Of a stretch of 64,000 bases of DNA, positions 38,428 through 50,189 are shown piece after piece. This stretch comes from Torpedo marmorata (taxonomy: Eukaryota), in the NCBI GenBank assembly GCA_977017645.1, contig OZ360231.1:10168001-10232000 (forward strand). The letters run 5' to 3'. The stretch's first letter is position 1. Each line of letters opens with the position of its first letter. A model generated the notes under the pieces. That model saw only the letters and a list, made by a program, of their open reading frames with translations. It did not search any database and was not told the DNA's origin. The position numbers and the translations under genes were made by a program.

Positions 38428-39268
38428 TAAATATTTGGGAATAAAAATAGATACAAAATTAGGTAATTTATATAAATTAAATTATTTACCTTTATTTACT
38501 AATATTAAAAAGGATTTAGAGAGTTAGAAGGATTTACCTATAACTTTAAATAGGAAGGGTAAATTGTATCAAAATAAATGTTTTTCCAAGAATTCAATAC
38601 CTTTTTCAATTAATTCCTCATGAAATTCCTCAAAAATTCTTTAAGGATTTAAATTTAATTATTAGGAAATTTTTGTGGAAGGGAAAGTTGGCCAGAGTAG
38701 TTATGGAGAAATTAACTTGGAATTATGAAATGGGAGGTTTACAACTTCCCAATTTTCAAAATTATTATAAGGCAGCTCAATTAAAATTCATTAATGACAT
38801 GTTTGATTTAGAAAAATCTTCTGCTTGGATTAGAATAGAATTAAATAATATAGGAGAGGATTCGAAAGAAGAAGTTATTTATAAATGGAATTCTAAATTA
38901 TTATTAAGGGGAGGTAAAAATTCTCCTATTTTAAAACATTTGTGAGAAATATGGAATAAAGTTGATCGGGAGATAGGAGGGAAAGGGTTAATTTCTTGTA
39001 GTATGCCTTTATACCAAAATAAACTTATCCCATTTACTATTGATAATCAATTGTTTAAAATTTGGTTTCAAAAAGGGATTAAAAAAGTAAATGATTGTTT
39101 TGAAGCTAGTAAATTTATCACTTTTCAAAGAATGAAAGAGAAGTTTAATGTATTAAATAATACACTTTTTGCTTATTATCAAATAAGAACATTTTTAGTT
39201 GAAAAGTTAGGTCATAGTTTAATTTTACCAAGACAAAGTGAATTGGAATCATTAGTTACTAATGGGGG

Positions 39269-39873
39269 TGTAAGAGCCGTAGGCTCAATAACTTACCTTG
39301 GTCGCGGTGCTCCGATGCCTCGACGGGTTGTGGAGAGCTCGCGACGTTCGTAGGCCGTCCTCGGCCTGTTTGTGCTCTGCGCATGCGCTGGAGTGCCGAC
39401 GGACGCATGCGCAGTCTGAAATTGACGTCGTTGTGCGCGGTGTAGTATGGGAAATGTAGTATGCGCGGTGGAGAGTGCGCAGTGGAATAGGAGCGATGGA
39501 GCATGCACGAATCGTAAAGGGAATAGGATAAAGATGGCGACGTAGGAGGGTGAGTGAGATCGCCATATCTTTATTGACCGTTTCATAGCGTTTCATAGAT
39601 AGTTTCATTGAACTTTTAAACTAGTTATTTTGTGGTTTAAAATCGTTTATTTGAACATCTAAATACAGTCTAAGGAATCATTTAAAGGAACTCATCATAC
39701 ATCATTTTCAAGAACTGTTTCTATTAAGTCATTGAAGATTACTGCAAGTCACGTGTGTAAATAAAGTTTTTGAACATATTGGACTTTGTTGGTAAATTAA
39801 TTGAAACGCGTCAAGGACAAGTATCTCACTTAGCCTCCAGGTGACTAAAGGTTGGATAGAAGTCACCATAATA
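39269..39873 (+). mobile_element. Probable solo LTR (605 bp) with 5-bp TSD, BEL- or Gypsy-like, inside L1 ORF2
   Basis: Starts TGTAAG, ends CATAATA (degenerate ..ACA); GGGGG at 39264-39268 and 39874-39878; AATAAA near 39760; L1 frame TNG|GINKFISQMY is restored on removal. Confidence 0.7.
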
Positions 39874-41061
39874 GGGGGTATAAATAAATTTATTTCTCAA
39901 ATGTATAGATTGTTACAGAAAAAAATGCCTAAACCAGGAATTCATAAATCAAGATTAAAATAGGAATCAGATTTGAATGTAATAATAGATGAAGAACATT
40001 GGAAAGAAATATGTAAACAAAGTATGACGAAAATTATTAATGTTAGATATAGGTTGGTGCAATATAATTTTTTGCATCAATTATATTTAACGCCTCAGAA
40101 ACTAAAGAAATTTAATTCGAGATTATGAGACTTATGTTTTAGATGTAATAGAGAGGAAGGTTCTTTTGTACATTCTACGTGGCTTTGCCCAAGGATACAT
40201 GTTTTTAGGCTGAAAGTTAAAAAATCTTTGGACAAAGTATTAAGAATTACACTCCCAATGAATCCTATGATATTTTTGTTTGGAGATATTAAAAGAATTA
40301 GTATTAAAATGAGATTAAATATGTATCAAATAGAATTTTTGCGAATTGCTTTGGCTGTTTCAAAGAAATGCATTGCTATTACATGGAAGTCTGATGTAGA
40401 TTTAGGGTTAGAAAGATGGCATGCAGAACTTCGTTCAGCTATACCACTTGAAAAATTACTTATAATTTACGTAACAAATATAATTTCTTTTTGAAAATAT
40501 GGAGCCCATATATAAAGACTGTGGGTTTAAGGATTTGAGGATCTCTCGATACCAGGTCTGACTGGTGAACCTGTGCTCCACAATAAAATTAATGTATAGT
40601 TTTTTTTTTTTGATTGACATTCTCCAATTACTATTTTTTTTTTCTTTTTCTTTGTGATAAGATTACCTGTATTAAGTGTGGGTCGCTTGTTGCCGCTGTG
40701 CATCTGTGGCACTTACGCATACACGCACGCATGCACACAAAAGGCCACTATATTTAAAAAGTTTGAGAGTCCGGATTCTCGGATGGTCCGGATTTCTGGT
40801 ATCCGGATTTTTGGACTTTTACTGTATCCACAAGTTTGGTTAGTGCAGGGATGTAGTAGTAAACAATCAGCCAAGACTTATTGAGAAGCAGTCACAAGGG
40901 GCTGAATTAGGGCTGCTTCTGCAGTATTTCTTAGGTCCATCAAGTACATCATTTATGCGTGCTTGTACAATCATACTATAATGGTTGATTATATTTCATT
41001 TTTCTCCAGTCAACTTCAGTTTTTTAGGACCTAGTTTGCTACATATTCTGAAAGTGCAGTA

Positions 41062-41377
41062 CAAGCCGTCCCGCGTTACGAACGTCTGACTTACAGACAA
41101 CTCGTACTTACGAATGGACTACGCGTGGCTTCAGCGGTTCGAGGAAGGAGAACGCTGCCGCCATTTTAAGTCGGATCATGGTTATTTACCCTTGTAACCA
41201 TGCCTCCAAAGCGTAAATCCGATGCAAGAAAAGCTCTGTACAAACCTCCCTTGATGCCTACTTCAAGAAATTTGACTAACTGACGCTAAATAAGAACCAT
41301 ATGTACCTGTTCCGACTTACCTACAAATTAGACTTAAAGACAGGAACGGATCTCGTTCGTAACCCAGGGACTGCCTA
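41062..41377 (+). mobile_element. Internally deleted Tigger element
   Basis: TA-CAAGCCGTCCCGCGTTACGAACG ... CGTTCGTAACCCAGGGACTGCCTA-TA; retains MPPKRKSDA and QTSLDAYFKK coding remnants. Confidence 0.8.
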
Positions 41378-41404
41378 TACTCTCATCAGTTCCATGGATT
41401 TCAT

Positions 41405-42345
41405 GCACAGCCAAGTTTGGCTCCAATGCAGTCTATAGATTCACTGAGAATGCCACCATTGTTGGCCAAATAATGGGAAATTATGAGTTAGAATATAGGA
41501 AAGAAATCAAGAATCTGATTGTTGTTCTGGCACCACACAATCTTGCTCTCAATGTCAGCAAGTCCAAAGAGCTTACTGAGCACTTTAGGAAGGGGAGGTC
41601 AAGGGACCATGCATCTATCTTCAATGACAGGATGGCGGTGGAGAGAGTTAGTACCTTCAATTTCCTGGGAGTCCACATATCAGAAGACCTCTCCTGGAAC
41701 CAGCACATCAAGGCAATTGTGAAGAATGCCTCTACTTTCTAAGAAGTCTGAGGAGATTTGGCATGTTGTTGAATACTCTTGCAGTCTTCTACAGATGTAC
41801 TGTGGAATTACAGCCTGGGTTTGGAAACTAGAGTGTCCAGGAACATAGAAGGCACAGAAAATGGTAAACTTAGCCAAGTCCATCATGAGCATCGACCTTC
41901 AGCCCATTTAAAACATTTATGCGAGATATTGCCTCAAGAAGGAAGCCAACATCATAAAGAACCTCCATCACTTGGTCTCAATCTCTTCTGGCTGCTACCT
42001 TCAGGCAGAAGGTACAGAGCCTGAAGTTCTAGCACGTTTTGGTTCAAAAACAGCTTTTATCCAACAGCTATCATGCTCTTGAACCTCCCCATACTACCCT
42101 AAACCTAACCATAAAAAAAACTGTCTGCACTACTGAAATGTCCCTTTGTTTCTTGCATGAACTGCAATCGAATATTTATGATCTATCGTTTCATATTTAT
42201 TATCTGTTTCTGTCTTGGCATATTATGGTGATTGAATTTATACTTTTGTAGTTGGTGAATCTTATGATCTGTTTGGCCACAGCAAGTGAGAAATTTGTTG
42301 CATCTGTACATTGTATTTATGTATATGACAATAAAATCTCATCTC
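41405..42345 (+). mobile_element. Old Rex1-like LINE 3' part
   Basis: ORFs 41473..41742 (FLGVHISEDLSW) and 41779..42024 (LLPSGRRYR); ends TGACAATAAAATCTCATCTC. Confidence 0.75.
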
Positions 42346-42465
42346 ATAAAGTGTAATTCCAGCCCAAAGACTGGTAATTCTGCAGTGCTCTCCTCAATTT
42401 ATAATAGTCCAAAAATGAACTGTACATTTGTTAATAATTTGAAAATAGATTTTTAAGCTACTTAC

Positions 42466-42620
42466 CCTCAGATTTAAAGACTCCCCTCCTGTTGCCATTG
42501 ATCTTACAATAACAAATTCATATAAGCTTATGTGTTTCCCTTGTTCTTCCTCCTTGATTGGGGAATCAGACTCTGGAGATTCAAGAAACTGGGCGCATTC
42601 TTCAATATTCAGAATAGTTC
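42466..42620 (-). CDS. LRRC63: LRRC63-like coding exon, 155 nt, phase 1-0: TILNIEECAQFLESPESDSPIKEEEQGKHISLYEFVIVRSMATGGESLNLR
   Basis: ctttAG acceptor at 42621-42622, GTAAGT donor at 42460-42465; open frame ending SLNLR joins GYFI, like LRRC63 ALNLK|GFFI. Confidence 0.8.
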
Positions 42621-43000
42621 CTAAAGTTAGAAATATATGCTTATATGCAGGTTTATTAGTTTATTGCAGATAACAGCAACATGCAACATTACAATGCATG
42701 TTAAATCTGACAAGACATTTACCTTTAAAGTTCCATGTTATTTCAAGTTTTGTATTAAAATACATATTATAGTAAGCAGTCAAAAACTAATTTAATAGTT
42801 AACAATGAACATGTGAACAAATAATTTCATTAGTCCAATCATAACTAATATACATATTGCTCATACTTCCTTAATAACATAGGCGGCTATATGGCCAATC
42901 AAGTCTTACAACTCTCAGAGCAATCTAATCAATCCCATTCCTCGACTGTTTCCCCGCAACCTATTTTCTCTGACATGTTGATAACACCTCTTGATTCACC

Positions 43001-44661
43001 TGTTATGTATACGCCTACAGGCGTATGACGTCATCACGTCAATGTGATGACATTCTGACTGATATATACTGTGTGTGGTGGGAGAACCATTTTCAGATTT
43101 GTATTAAACGACTAACGAAGCATCATGCCTGTGTCTGCAGTGTATTTCTTAACATAGAATACATGACAGATTGGCGACGAGGATTCAAACGGACCTCCCC
43201 TGGGCTCCAGTTCTTGTAGTGAAGACTTAAAAAGGAATGTTAGCAGAATTGGCAGGAAGCCCAGAAGAAGTTTTTGTAAACAATAGATAAGGAAGCTTGT
43301 TAGAAAAGCTAAAGAAGAGAAAAACTCAGAATGGCTGAAGCACCGTTTGGAAAGTTCGTGGACTCCGAAGAAAACTGGTATGACTATGTAGAGCGATTTG
43401 ATCATCACTGTCTTGCCTATATTATTACTGAGACTCCGCCGTTCAACCGAAAACGATCGCTATTTCTAAGCCAGATGGGAAGTAAGACATTTCAACTGGT
43501 AAAATCTTTAATAGCACCTGAAAGACCAGGAACAAAAAGTTATGCAGAGTTGTGTGGTATAATAGGGGCACATCTAAGCCCCAAACCACCTGTAATGGCA
43601 GACAGACAAAGATTTTATTTCAGAAAACAGAGAACAGGCGAATCGGTAAGCGAATTTTTGGCTGAATTACGTAAACGTTCACAACATTGCGAGTTTGGTG
43701 AATTCTTAACCGAAGCCTTAACAGACCGATTAGTTATGGGTTTAGCAGACCGCAGTGCCAGACAACGATTACTAAGTCAAAAACAAGTAACACTTGATTC
43801 AGCATATGATACAGCCTTGGGTTTCGAAATGGCCGATAATAACTTGGACATTAGCCAAGGCGATCCACTAGTGGTGGGCAGATTTTCCCGCCAAGAATGC
43901 TTTCGCTGCGGGAAACGCAATCACAGTCCTGATAATTGTAATTTTAAAAGATCAAAATGCCATCTGTGTGATAAACAGGGTCACAGCAGATCCAAATGTC
44001 CAAGAAACAAAGGTAAAAAGGATAGAAAGAAAGGACTGAAATATGGAAAGCATTCACCCAGAGTAAGGATGAAAATACCAGCACCAGTGAAACAAAAGAC
44101 TCGGAAGAAGACAAAACAGTGCAAGTCATGTATGTTCGCGGATTGAACAATTAAAAAAAAAATCGGAATTCTACGTCGAAGTGAAAATTAATAACGAACC
44201 TATTCGAATGGAGTTGGACACAGGGGCAGCAGTGTCGTTAATGCCACTATATTTAAAAAGACAACTGCTACCCCACCTCACAATTAAGAGGTCGACACGG
44301 TGTTAAAAACAGTTACGGGGGAGAAGGTCAAGGTGTTTGGAAAAGTCAACGTAAACGTGAAATATAAAGATCAAACACCAAAAAGATTAACCCTCTACAT
44401 CGTTGACACCAAGGGGCCCGCGCTGTTCGGAAGGAACTGGCTGTCACACATTCAACTAGACTGGATGGAAATTGGATCCATAATGAACTTAGGCCTGGAA
44501 GATAAGGCCAAGCAACAACTTGAGCCAGTTCTCAAGAAATACCAGGCGGTTTTCGAAAAAAACCTGGGAAAAATCCAAGGAGTCCAGGCAAAATTACACC
44601 TGAAGTCAGAGGTGGAATCAAAGTTCTTTAAACCCAGAACAGTACCATTTGCAATAAAAGA
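43001..44661 (+). mobile_element. Gypsy element A: 5' LTR (43001-43168), PBS, gag, protease, start of RT region; 3' half missing
   Basis: TGTTAT..ATGACA LTR; PBS TGGCGACGAGG at 43172; protease MELDTGAAVS; KFFKPRTVPFA. Confidence 0.88.
43331..44146 (+). CDS. Gypsy Gag with two CCHC zinc knuckles (3' end frameshifted)
   Basis: NWYDYVERF, RKQRTGESVSEF, CFRCGKRNHSPDNC, CHLCDKQGHSRSKC. Confidence 0.75.
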   Translation: MAEAPFGKFVDSEENWYDYVERFDHHCLAYIITETPPFNRKRSLFLSQMGSKTFQLVKSLIAPERPGTKSYAELCGIIGAHLSPKPPVMADRQRFYFRKQRTGESVSEFLAELRKRSQHCEFGEFLTEALTDRLVMGLADRSARQRLLSQKQVTLDSAYDTALGFEMADNNLDISQGDPLVVGRFSRQECFRCGKRNHSPDNCNFKRSKCHLCDKQGHSRSKCPRNKGKKDRKKGLKYGKHSPRVRMKIPAPVKQKTRKKTKQCKSCMFAD

Positions 44662-47291
44662 CGTCGTGGTGGAGCACGTCGCCAAGCCCCACATACAGCG
44701 AGCGACAAGGCCGCCGGCCACATGCGACAGGCAAACGGACCCTGCGGGTGAGCAGTGCTGATTCTACCATCAGCGATGGGGTGCGGAGGCCCGTCGATGC
44801 CTCCCACCTTGCGCATTCCCGGGAAACGCCATGGCCGGCCGTCGTTAATGGCTGCGGTGGTTGGCCAACGAGACAGCCTGCTCCACATGTGGGATTCCCT
44901 GTCTGGATGGCGGTTCTTGGTCGACACCTGAGCCGAAGTCAGCGTCCTTCCCCCCTTGGCACACGACATCCGCAACAAGCGGCCTGGCCCATCTTTGAGA
45001 GCAGCAAACTGCTCCACCATAAGGACGTTCGGCACGCGTACCGTACCGCTCCGTTTCAGCAACAGCCTGTTCACATGGTCCTTTACACTCGCCGCAGTAG
45101 AATGACCGCTCCTAGGGGCAGATTTCCTCAGGGCACATGGCCTGATGGTAGATCTCAAGGGGCGAAGGCTGGTCCACGCCAAAACCTTCCAGTCCTTCCC
45201 CTGGGGAAAGCTGGTTTACCTGCCCCCCCACCTCCATTCCATCACTGCCGACCGCAACGAGTTCGCGCGAATCCTCACCGAATTCCCATCCATCGCGGTA
45301 CTGCAGTTTACCTCCGCCGGGCCCAAACACGGGGTCCAGCACTACATCCTCACAGCGGGCCCTCCCCTCCACGATAGGGCACGTCGCCTCCCCCCCGAAA
45401 AACTGAGCTTAGCCAAAGAATTCATGAAGATGGAGGAGCTGGGGATCGTGCGCAGGTCCGACAGCCCCTGGGCATCCCCCCTACACATGGTTCCAAAGGC
45501 GGCAGGAGGTTGGAGACCGTGCGGAGACTACCGGCGCCTGAACGAGGCAACCACGCCAGACCGATACCCCACATACAGGACTTCAGCGCAAACCAATGTG
45601 CTCCAAGTATGGTTGCCACACTTTAACAAAGTTATAGTACTTATTTCTAAGACTATATGCAATTTTTTCCATGGGGATACAGCTGTACATTTCCGTAGAC
45701 CATCGAGTGATGAGAAGGGGGGAGTCGGACTTCCAAGTAACTGCAATGCATTTTTTTGCTGCGGACAGAGCAACTTTTACAAATTGAATTTGGAATTTAG
45801 ATAATCTGTTGCTTATGTCCATGAGGTTTCCTAAAAGATACAACTCCAGGTCTAGTGGGAAGGCTACTCCCGTAATCCTAGTTAGTACGTTAGCCAAATC
45901 ATGCCAAAAGGCCCTTACCTTTGCACATGACCAGGTGGAGTGTAAAAAGGATCCAATTTCTATCCCACACCTGAAACACATTTCTGATATCTCTGGTTTT
46001 GACTTGTGTAGTTTTTGTGGTGTGAGATACAATTGGTGTAGGAAATTATATCGAACCAGCCTATATCTGGCATTAATGACTGCTGTCATGCTATCCAAAC
46101 ACCAGTCTGACCAGCATCGTTCGTGAATTGTTGTTCCCAAGTCCGACTCCCACCTCTCTCTCGATCTTTGTAGGCCCGGCTTAGGGCTTTCGCTTTGGAG
46201 TACGAAATACATTCTCGATATGAATTTAGGTGCATTTCCCAATCGAAGCAACTTTTCCATTTCATTACACCTAGGTGGGGTCATTGTAGGACCCCATCTA
46301 TCCCTCAAGAAGGACCTTAGTTGAAGAAAACAGTAGAAGGTTCCATTAGACAAATCATATTTACTCTTCAATTGCTCAAAAGACATAAATTGTCCTTTCT
46401 CGTAACAATCTTCAATATACCGGATTCCCTTCTGGTGCCAAATGTTTAAAATTTTGTTACCCAAAGCCATGGGTATAGTTTCGTTTTGGATCAAAGGTGC
46501 CTTTGGTGATATTTCCACCTTTCCTCCAGTACATTCAATGATTTCCTGCCAAATCTTAATCATATGTTTTAGAATGGGATTGTCCGTTCGCCTAGATATT
46601 AATTTGGTGTTCCATTTGTAGATAAAATCCTTTGCTATTTTCTCTCCTAAGGTGTGTAGTCCAATTTGGACCCATGAGGGGGGATCGTCCCCCTCAAAAA
46701 AGTTTGAAAGAAACCTCGACTGAGCTGCTAAATAATATTTCTTAAAATCTGGTAATCGCAAACCCCCCAAATTGTAATCCCATGTCAGCTTCTCCATGGA
46801 AACTCTGGAGACCTTACCACTCCAGATAAATTGCCTTACATGTCCGTTAAGTGCTTTAAAAAAGACCCGCGGCAATGGGATTGGCAAGGACTGAAAGAGG
46901 TATTGCAGTCTCGGCATCACCTTCATTTTAATGCAGTTCACCCTGCCCACTAGAGTAATGGGCAGGTCCCTCCACCTAAGTAAATCGTCTTCGATCTTTC
47001 CAAGCATAGGGAGGTAGTTAAGTCTATACAAATTTTGCAAATCATTGTCAATCATTATTCCCAAATATTTAATACCCTTTGGTTACCACTTAAAGCGACT
47101 CTTTTGTTGATATTCCCCGTAATCAAATTTTGTCAACGGCATGTTCTCACTTTTTTCTAAATTGATTTTGTAACCTGAAATCATGCCATAATCTTCCAGT
47201 GTGGTCTGCAACCTGGCCAAGGACTCGGCAGGGTCTGTCAAATACAACAACACATCATCTGCAAATAAATTAATTTTACGTTCCACCTGGT

Positions 47292-48673
47292 TGGAACCAT
47301 TTCAATTCCGGGTCACACTCCCACACTCACATGTCTGTCCATGGCCTTATGTACTATCCCACCCAGACTACCCGCAAATTGGAGGAACAACATCTCATTT
47401 TCTGTCTCGGCACTCTCCAGCCAGATGGCATTAACATTGACTTTTCTGCTTTCCACTAAACCTGCTTGTCGTTTCCTTCCCCTCCCCCCTCACCTGTCCT
47501 TCCTGTTTTTCTCCACCTACCCAGCCATCCCTCCCTCCCCCTCTTTGCTGCTGTCCCCTCCCTCCTTTCTCCACCTATCTCTCCTGCCTTTGCCACCCCC
47601 CCCTTCCCCCCTCACTCTTTTGTTCGGATGCCTGCCGGCATTTTCTCATACTTTGATGAAGGCCTCAAGCCCGAAACGTCGGTTATGTATTTCTACCTTT
47701 GCTACATAAAAGACACTGTTTGACCTGCTGAGTTTCTCCAGCATTTGTGTTTTTTACTTCTGTTACAAAATCAAACCAGCAACGACAGAAGATGCAATGC
47801 AAAAGGGGTAAAATTGAAATTTATATTTATAAAAGATAATTAAACATATAATTTCACAACAATTAACCCCACTATAAACGTCTATAAACACTATTCTTAT
47901 CTAAAAGGTGTGTGTGTGTGTGTGTGTGTGTGTAAAGCCCAGACCATTACAGTCTGTGCTCAACCCTCTTGTAAAAATGGAAAAACTTTCCCCAAAAACC
48001 CCAGGTCAGTCATAAAAACAAGTCAGTCAAAAAAAAAAATACAGTCCACAAAAATTCACTCTCTAAGTTCAAGTTCCAAATTCAGCTCTGTGTGCTGGTA
48101 GAAGGACTTTTCAATGAACGTTGGAGAGAGACAATGACTGTTTATGCTTACGAATACTTGGCTTGTTTTTTCTTCTCTGATGACTTTCCCTTGTGGTAGA
48201 GATTCACGAGGATTGCGACTCCAAATCAGTATACCACTGATTGAGGCGTGTGCTTGGATCTCACAGCTGGTCTCGATGATCTCACGCCTGTTCTCCACAA
48301 AAGTTGCTTTTAACTCAGGATTTCTCTGAGACAGGAGGCCATGTGTTATCCTTCCAGCCTTTTCCTCTGGGATGCACAAGCCTGGATTTTGCTGTGTTCT
48401 CTAGCCTTTGCAACTCCAAACTGCCTGCTTTTTGCAGAGGTCTGCACCTGCTTTTGCAAAAGTGCAACAAAGTATCTTTTCCACAGCCTGTCTCTCTCTC
48501 TCTCTCTCTGCTCTCTCTGGGTACACCAAGTCCTGGGCAAGTTAACTCTTTCAGTACCTGGTCCCAGTGTGTACTCCAAAAGACTTCAACCTTCCTGCTG
48601 ACCGTCCGCAGTCCAAATGGTCAGTCATGCTCCATAACACTTCAACCACGGTGTCTACAGATTTTCGTGTTTT
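47292..48673 (+). mobile_element. Penelope-like element 3' fragment (GIY-YIG C-terminus plus terminal region), split by a solo LTR
   Basis: NHFNS.SHSHTHMSVHGL..RKLEEQHLIFCLGTLQPDGINIDF*; pyrimidine tract; TGATGAAGGCCTCAAGCCCGAAACG; resumes at 48644. Confidence 0.8.
47761..48639 (-). mobile_element. Solo LTR (879 bp) with 4-bp TSD
   Basis: TGTTA...TAACA termini; TSD CTTC at 47757-47760 and 48640-48643; shares (CA)n and ATAGTGGGGTTAA with the LTR at 29122. Confidence 0.85.
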
Positions 48674-50189
48674 ACTTGGTCCACCCTGAATCCTTTTATG
48701 TCTGGGTCCCGCCTAATAGATTCTGCCAGATGCTCAATTGCCAAGATAAAAAGACCTGGAGACAGTGGACAACCCTGTCTGCTAGACCTACTTAAGGGGA
48801 ATGTCGACAATATCTGGCCATTCGTAATGATCTTGGCCTGAGGTTTGTAATAGAGCGTTCTTACCCAATTAATAAATGATTCTCCCAATCCAAATTTCTC
48901 CAGTACTTTAAATAAGAAAGGCCATTCCAGCCGATCGAAAGCTTTTTCCGCATCCAAAGACACGGCTATACTTTGGTCTGCCTTTGATTGTGCCAAACGT
49001 ATAATACTCAATAGTCTGCCCAATTTGTTGGCTGAGTGTCTCTTCTTAATAAAGCCGACTTGGTCCGAATTTATCAATTTTGGTAAATATTGACCCAATC
49101 TATTAGCCAATGCCTTGGCTATTATTTTGTAGTCCGCATTTAATAATGAAATGGGCCTGTATGAAGAAGGTTTTAATGGGTCTCTATTTTTCTTTGGATT
49201 ATCCGTAATAATAGCTGTTGAAAAGGATTCCGGGAGAGTCTGTGTTTCCGCCGCCTGGTTAACTACATTCATAATAAGAGGAATCAAAAGATCCTTAAAC
49301 TCTCTGTAGAACTCAGGCGGGAAACCATCTTCTCCTGGCGATTTATTCGCCTGTAGAGAACCCAAGGCTTTTTCAATCTCCTCTTCAGAGAATGGGGCAC
49401 CTAATTCCATCTGATCCTCCTGGTCCAACCTTGGCAATTCAATCGTGGACAGGAACTCATCTATTGTAGTTGAGTCACTTGGCGACTCTGACTCATACAA
49501 TTTTGCATAAAACTGTTTAAAAGTGTCATTGATCTCTTTTGGATTGTACAATATCTTATCCGGTCCCGACTGAACTTCATTAATTGTCCTCGAAGTCTCC
49601 TCTGTCCTCAATTGCCAAGACAAAACCTTATTTGCTCTTTCCCCTAATTCACAGTATTTCTGCTTAGATCTTAAAATGTCCTTCTCTATTTTATATGTTT
49701 GTAAAGTATTATATTTAAGTTTCTTATTTACCAAAGTTTGATATTTATCTTTTGATCCTGACTGTTGGTATTCCTTTTCCAATTTTAAAATCTCCCCTTC
49801 CAAATTGTTTATTTCCGCCATATATTTTTTCTTGACATTTTTGGTGTATGAAATTATTTGCCCCATTAGATACGCCTTCAATGTATCCCATATTAGAAAA
49901 CTATTATTAGTAGAGGGGCAGTTTGTTTCGCAAAACAAACTTATCTGACCCCTTATAAAACCACAGAAATCTGGTCTTTTCAACAGCGTAGAATTAAGGC
50001 GTCATCTGTACGCATTAGCTTGTTTATCTGGCATTACCATAGACAAAATCAAGGGCGCGTGGTCCAATAGAAGTTTGGCTTGATATTCCGATTCAATCAC
50101 TCTGCCTTCGAATTGTGCAGACATCAGGAAATAGTCAATTCTGGTGTAAGAATCATGGGGCTTTGAATAAAAGGAGTAGTCTCTAGCTT

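Larger units (their letters stand above)
31818..40635 (+). mobile_element. Near full-length decayed L1-clade LINE (5'UTR, ORF1 ~32078-33382, ORF2 33688-~40529) with three nested insertions
   Basis: 5' GGGGGTGTGGCGTGATGGCG; ORF1 LENYSRRNNVKIVGLSE; ORF2 APE NINGLN/FLQETH/GGDFN/SDH and RT KSPGEDGF/RQGCPL/FADD; many stops and frameshifts. Confidence 0.9.
31523..40824. mobile_element. Tc1/mariner-superfamily (Tigger-like) MITE whose interior holds an ~8.8-kb L1 nest
   Basis: TA-CAGTAAAAATCCTAAAATCAGGA left end versus TCCGGATTTTTGGACTTTTACTG-TA right end (inverted match); TA on both sides. Confidence 0.75.
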
